Positions 42,120 through 44,780 of a DNA stretch of 44,780 nucleotides are shown here, piece after piece. The stretch spans positions 1 through 44,780 of the forward strand of contig CBDUXU010000001.1 of NCBI GenBank assembly GCA_965371285.1, given 5' to 3'. This DNA is from an uncultured bacterium. Lineage in GTDB: Bacteria; Desulfobacterota; GWC2-55-46; DRQE01. The translations under genes were made by a program, and so were the position numbers. The notes under the pieces were generated by a model. It saw nothing but the letters and a program-made list of their open reading frames with translations. It did not search any database and was not told where the DNA came from. Each line of letters opens with the position of its first letter. Within the stretch, counting starts at the first letter, position 1.

Positions 42120-42719
42120 TTACTTACCGCCAAGCTTTCTAACGGTCTTAGCCAGGGTATCAATCTTCTCAGCTGTTGCATCTCTGAATGTTACCATTGC
42201 ATCTTCGTGTCCATGCTGGGCACACATTGCCATTGTATAACAATCTGTTCCCCCTCTAATGATTTTAAGAGAAAGGTTTGCCTGATGACAATGAACACCT
42301 ACAAACATACAAACATCAATCTTATTGTGCCAGATTGTTAGGTTTGGATGGTTTGGGTTAATCTCTATCTCCGGGTTAATCTTTGGATACTTTGGTCTGT
42401 AATCAGGCATAGGAATAATCATAGGAGTTTGGTCACTCTTTGCATTATCCTTAATTGCTTGATATAGGCCGGCAATAGCAGCAGCCTTTTTTCTAGACTT
42501 CTCATTCCAGTTCCAAAGAACCAGTGGACCAGGGAAAATTGTTGGTACCTTGCCTTTTAAAAACTCTTCAGCAACTTTTACCATTACTTCATCTTCCGGT
42601 ACGATGGAGCCTTCAATTAAACCGTCTCCCTCGTTTGGAAGCATAATTCCCATTGTTGCAGCCGCAGGAGGTAAGAAAGCTTCCGGGCCTCTTAGTACTT
42701 TATATTGCTCTTGATCCAT
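42120..42719 (-). CDS. Putative fifth (accessory, ~22 kDa) subunit of a five-subunit OFOR
   Basis: 199 aa, first gene of the operon. The gene order (22 kDa)-alpha-beta-gamma-(7.5 kDa ferredoxin) matches what I recall of the forDABGE layout of Hydrogenobacter thermophilus. No catalytic motif is recognisable by eye, so the assignment rests on synteny. Confidence 0.5.
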   Translation of the reverse strand: MDQEQYKVLRGPEAFLPPAAATMGIMLPNEGDGLIEGSIVPEDEVMVKVAEEFLKGKVPTIFPGPLVLWNWNEKSRKKAAAIAGLYQAIKDNAKSDQTPMIIPMPDYRPKYPKINPEIEINPNHPNLTIWHNKIDVCMFVGVHCHQANLSLKIIRGGTDCYTMAMCAQHGHEDAMVTFRDATAEKIDTLAKTVRKLGGK

Positions 42720-42985
42720 TAAAATATTTCTCCTTCTATCTGTTCTTATATATGACTATATTACAATTAATATCTATTACAGTTTCGTATAATGAAAACA
42801 AAACCACTTACACAAAATAAATGACTTACTCTGTATACTGTATACAATCTCAAAGCTGAATACTCTTTATCCATCGGGATTTTCTTAGGGTTACTAGAAC
42901 ACCATATTAGAAAAGCGGATTTAAAAATTCTAACATGCCCAGAAGTCCTATGTCAACGACTTTGATGGGACGTGACGGAGGTAAA

Positions 42986-43005
42986 AACCCCTTAAAAATG
43001 GGGTT
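42986..43005 (-). terminator. Possible intrinsic terminator ~230 nt downstream of recR
   Basis: The minus strand reads AACCCC-ATTTTTAA-GGGGTT followed by TTTAC. The stem is only 6 bp. Confidence 0.35.
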
Positions 43006-43196
43006 ATTAGGGCATAATAGGTAACTTAGCTGAAAAAACAAGGACTTAAGCAACTTCAATTAACAGGCAAACTTATGATCCAATATAACTAATTTTTAAA
43101 CAAAAGAAGCGCCGAAATTGGCACCGGCGGTGTCTGCAACACTTTTTTAAGAATGTATATCAGGTGTGTCTAATTTACTAATTCAGCAATTAACTG

Positions 43197-43233
43197 CCTG
43201 ATGTCCCTGAAATCGTCACCGGCGACTCGCCGG
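43197..43233 (+). repeat. Repeat family member: module B variant CCTGATGTCCCTGAAATCG plus palindrome CCGGCGA-C-TCGCCGG abutting the recR stop
   Basis: Aligns with 5491-5528 (…ATGATGTACCTGAAACTG tca GCGGCGACTCGCCGC CTAG). CTAG follows at 43234-43237. Confidence 0.75.
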
Positions 43234-43848
43234 CTAGAACTTTCGGCGTCCGTCCAGCGCCCTGCCCAGAGTTGCGCCATCCATATACTCAATAAAACTG
43301 CCTACCGGCACTCCCGATGCCAGCCTGGTGAGCTCTATTTCCAAACCTTCTTTATCGGAATACTCTTTTATGGTCTTTATAATGTAGTGGGCAGTTGCAT
43401 CCCCTTCGCCATCAAAACTTGTGGCAAGTATCACTTCTTTAATATTGCCGCCCTCCACCCTGGCTAAAAGCTCCTTCAACCTGATTTCGTCAGGGCCGAT
43501 GCCCTTAAGAGGGGCTAATGTACCATGGAGAACATGATAAACCCCCTTAAAATGCCCTGTGGATTCTAAAGAAATCATGTCCTTATAATCACCTACTACG
43601 CAAATAATCGACTTATCCCTTGAATCATCATCGCAGATGCTGCACAGTTTATGGTCGGAAAATGCCATACAATCAGCGCAAAGATTTACCTTGTCCTTAA
43701 CACCTATAAGGTTTTCTACAAACTCATCAATATACTCACTCCGAGAGTTAAGAATAAAAAGCGCCAAACGAGAGGCAGTTTTATTACCAATCCCGGGAAG
43801 CCTTGCTAGCGTCTCAACAAGTCTTGATATAGGTTCTACATACTTCAT
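43234..43848 (-). CDS. recR: Recombination protein RecR
   Basis: 204 aa. LARLPGIGNKTASRLA (HhH), a C4 zinc finger (CADC...CSIC), and Toprim (ICVV...ATSFDGEGDATAHYI). Confidence 0.95.
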   Translation of the reverse strand: MKYVEPISRLVETLARLPGIGNKTASRLALFILNSRSEYIDEFVENLIGVKDKVNLCADCMAFSDHKLCSICDDDSRDKSIICVVGDYKDMISLESTGHFKGVYHVLHGTLAPLKGIGPDEIRLKELLARVEGGNIKEVILATSFDGEGDATAHYIIKTIKEYSDKEGLEIELTRLASGVPVGSFIEYMDGATLGRALDGRRKF

Positions 43849-43861
43849 CGGCGAGGCGCCG
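43849..43861. repeat. Palindrome CGGCG-AGG-CGCCG immediately 5' of the recR start codon
   Basis: Read directly. It is the reverse complement of the core of the palindrome at 10051-10067. No Shine-Dalgarno lies between it and the ATG; the nearest AAGGAG is ~40 nt upstream. Confidence 0.6.
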
Positions 43862-43926
43862 AAGCCACTCTACAGGGGCACCCGACTTTTGATTCTCCTT
43901 TTAATATTTTTGTTACTTAAATCAAT

Positions 43927-44034
43927 TTAAAAAAACTCTACAATAAGTGCTGTCAAAATAATAATGGCTATAACTATAGCAGTAGCTATAAAGTTAAGCT
44001 TGCTATCAGTATCCCTTGAATACTTATTCCACAT
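43927..44034 (-). CDS. Hypothetical 35-aa single-TM micro-ORF between dnaX and recR (speculative)
   Basis: My translation is MWNKYSRDTDSKLNFIATAIVIAIIILTALIVEFF*. It occupies the slot where ybaB is normally found. I see no clear RBS. Confidence 0.2.
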   Translation of the reverse strand: MWNKYSRDTDSKLNFIATAIVIAIIILTALIVEFF

Positions 44035-44074
44035 CAACAAACTCCAATATTAATAGGCATAGAATTAATACCTA

Positions 44075-44109
44075 GGTGTACCTGAAATTGGATACAAACG
44101 TCACGCTTG
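44075..44109 (+). repeat. Repeat family member: GGTGTACCTGAAATTG plus palindrome CAAACGT-C-ACGCTTG abutting the dnaX stop, bracketed by CTAG on both sides
   Basis: CTAG at 44072-44075 and at 44110-44113. The palindrome core CGTCACG is shared with 5430-5446 and 5029-5035. Confidence 0.7.
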
Positions 44110-44780
44110 CTAGGAATCCCGTCTTCTTTCGTCTATCACCTTGCCGCCGAGGATGCTTAAAGCACTCTTCACAGTGTCATCGATATCATTATTAGAGGAT
44201 GATGCAGATGTCTCTGAAGGACCAGAAGGCCTTGGGTCTCCGCCGCCATTGTTAGAAGCAGAGACTTCCAGGTCGCCGCCTTTTTCTATCTTCACTGAAA
44301 CTGTCTTGCCATAAAACTCTTCACATAATTTCTTAAGCTGAGACTCCTTTGTACTTATAACACCAAAATAATCATCAGGCACTTGGAAGGTAACTTTAGT
44401 ACCGTCTAAATTTATACCGGAAGCTCTTAGAGCTCCTCCGATGGAAGGTATCTTGGTAGCGACAAAATCATTAACACTTCCACTTGCTTTAGGTGCCGGG
44501 CTGCTAGAGGCATCAACAGTAGAAGCAGGCGACTCACTTTCAGCGCTAGGTGTTTGTTCTTCTTTAGCAGGTTTAGATTCACTTGCAGAAGCAGGTGATG
44601 GCGCAGGTGAAGCAGAAGCTTGCCTACTTGGTGCTGCTGGAGCAGGTTGGCTTGTAGGCAGACCACTGCTTGCTGACTGACCTCCGCTGGCAGCTACCTG
44701 GCCAACGGACTGACCTCCGCTGGCCGCAATCGCCTTAAGCCTTGCAACTTTATTTATTACATCTTGGATTGGCTCAATAC
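44110..44780 (-). CDS. dnaX: C-terminal part of a probable DNA polymerase III tau/gamma subunit (runs off the right edge)
   Basis: The track gives 44110..44382 with a GTG start. I translated the same frame upstream to the window edge without meeting a stop: ...IEPIQDVINKVARLKAIAASGGQSVGQVAASGGQSASSGLPTSQPAPAAPSRQASASAPSPAS...GTKVTFQVPDDYFGVIS.... An Ala/Ser/Pro linker plus a small C-terminal domain upstream of recR fits dnaX synteny. The ATPase motifs lie outside the window. Confidence 0.55.
   Translation of the reverse strand, partial: IEPIQDVINKVARLKAIAASGGQSVGQVAASGGQSASSGLPTSQPAPAAPSRQASASPAPSPASASESKPAKEEQTPSAESESPASTVDASSSPAPKASGSVNDFVATKIPSIGGALRASGINLDGTKVTFQVPDDYFGVISTKESQLKKLCEEFYGKTVSVKIEKGGDLEVSASNNGGGDPRPSGPSETSASSSNNDIDDTVKSALSILGGKVIDERRRDS

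Noticed and set aside
44427-44680. Track ORFs 44427..44666 (-) and 44441..44680 (+).
   Set aside because: Both lie within the Ala/Ser/Pro-rich linker region of the dnaX frame, which is open from the window edge to 44110. They are alternative-frame artefacts of low-complexity DNA.
44675-44724. 17-nt direct repeat GACTGACCTCCGCTGGC (44673-44689 and 44708-44724).
   Set aside because: It is in frame within the dnaX linker, encoding ASGGQS twice. This is ordinary low-complexity duplication, not a regulatory repeat.

Overview
This is a 44.8-kb AT-rich bacterial chromosomal window, and every gene I can support lies on the minus strand. The content is core housekeeping. In transcription order (high to low coordinates) it holds:
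- the dnaX 3' end and recR;
- a five-gene Hydrogenobacter-type 2-oxoacid:ferredoxin oxidoreductase (OFOR) operon;
- mglB and mglA;
- yqeY-mutS2-dnaG;
- a tRNA with anticodon CAU;
- a COG1579 zinc-ribbon protein, an RNase HI and rnpB (type A RNase P RNA, absent from the ORF track);
- a complete canonical dcw cluster: mraZ-rsmH-ftsL-ftsI-murE-murF-mraY-murD-ftsW-murG-murC-murB-ddl-ftsQ-ftsA-ftsZ;
- two tandem paralogous B12-like radical SAM genes (one fused to DUF2344), then an Rne/Rng ribonuclease and a DUF2065 peptide;
- a SpoIID-like protein;
- queA-tgt-yajC and the secD 5' part (edge-truncated, absent from the track).

I found no transposase, integrase, CRISPR array, phage gene or recognisable defence gene.

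The main unexplained signal is non-coding. A family of composite intergenic repeats has a conserved core of about 45 nt (CCAAATACTTCATAAT, a 10-11 nt spacer, then ACATGATGTACCTGAAACTG) followed by a palindrome whose sequence differs in each copy. Copies sit in tandem between operons, often directly against stop codons. One 31-nt segment is identical at two sites 33 kb apart.

The most system-like protein-coding candidate of unknown function is the radical SAM pair plus Rng plus DUF2065 block.

All functional calls come from reading translated motifs and synteny by eye. No database search was possible.
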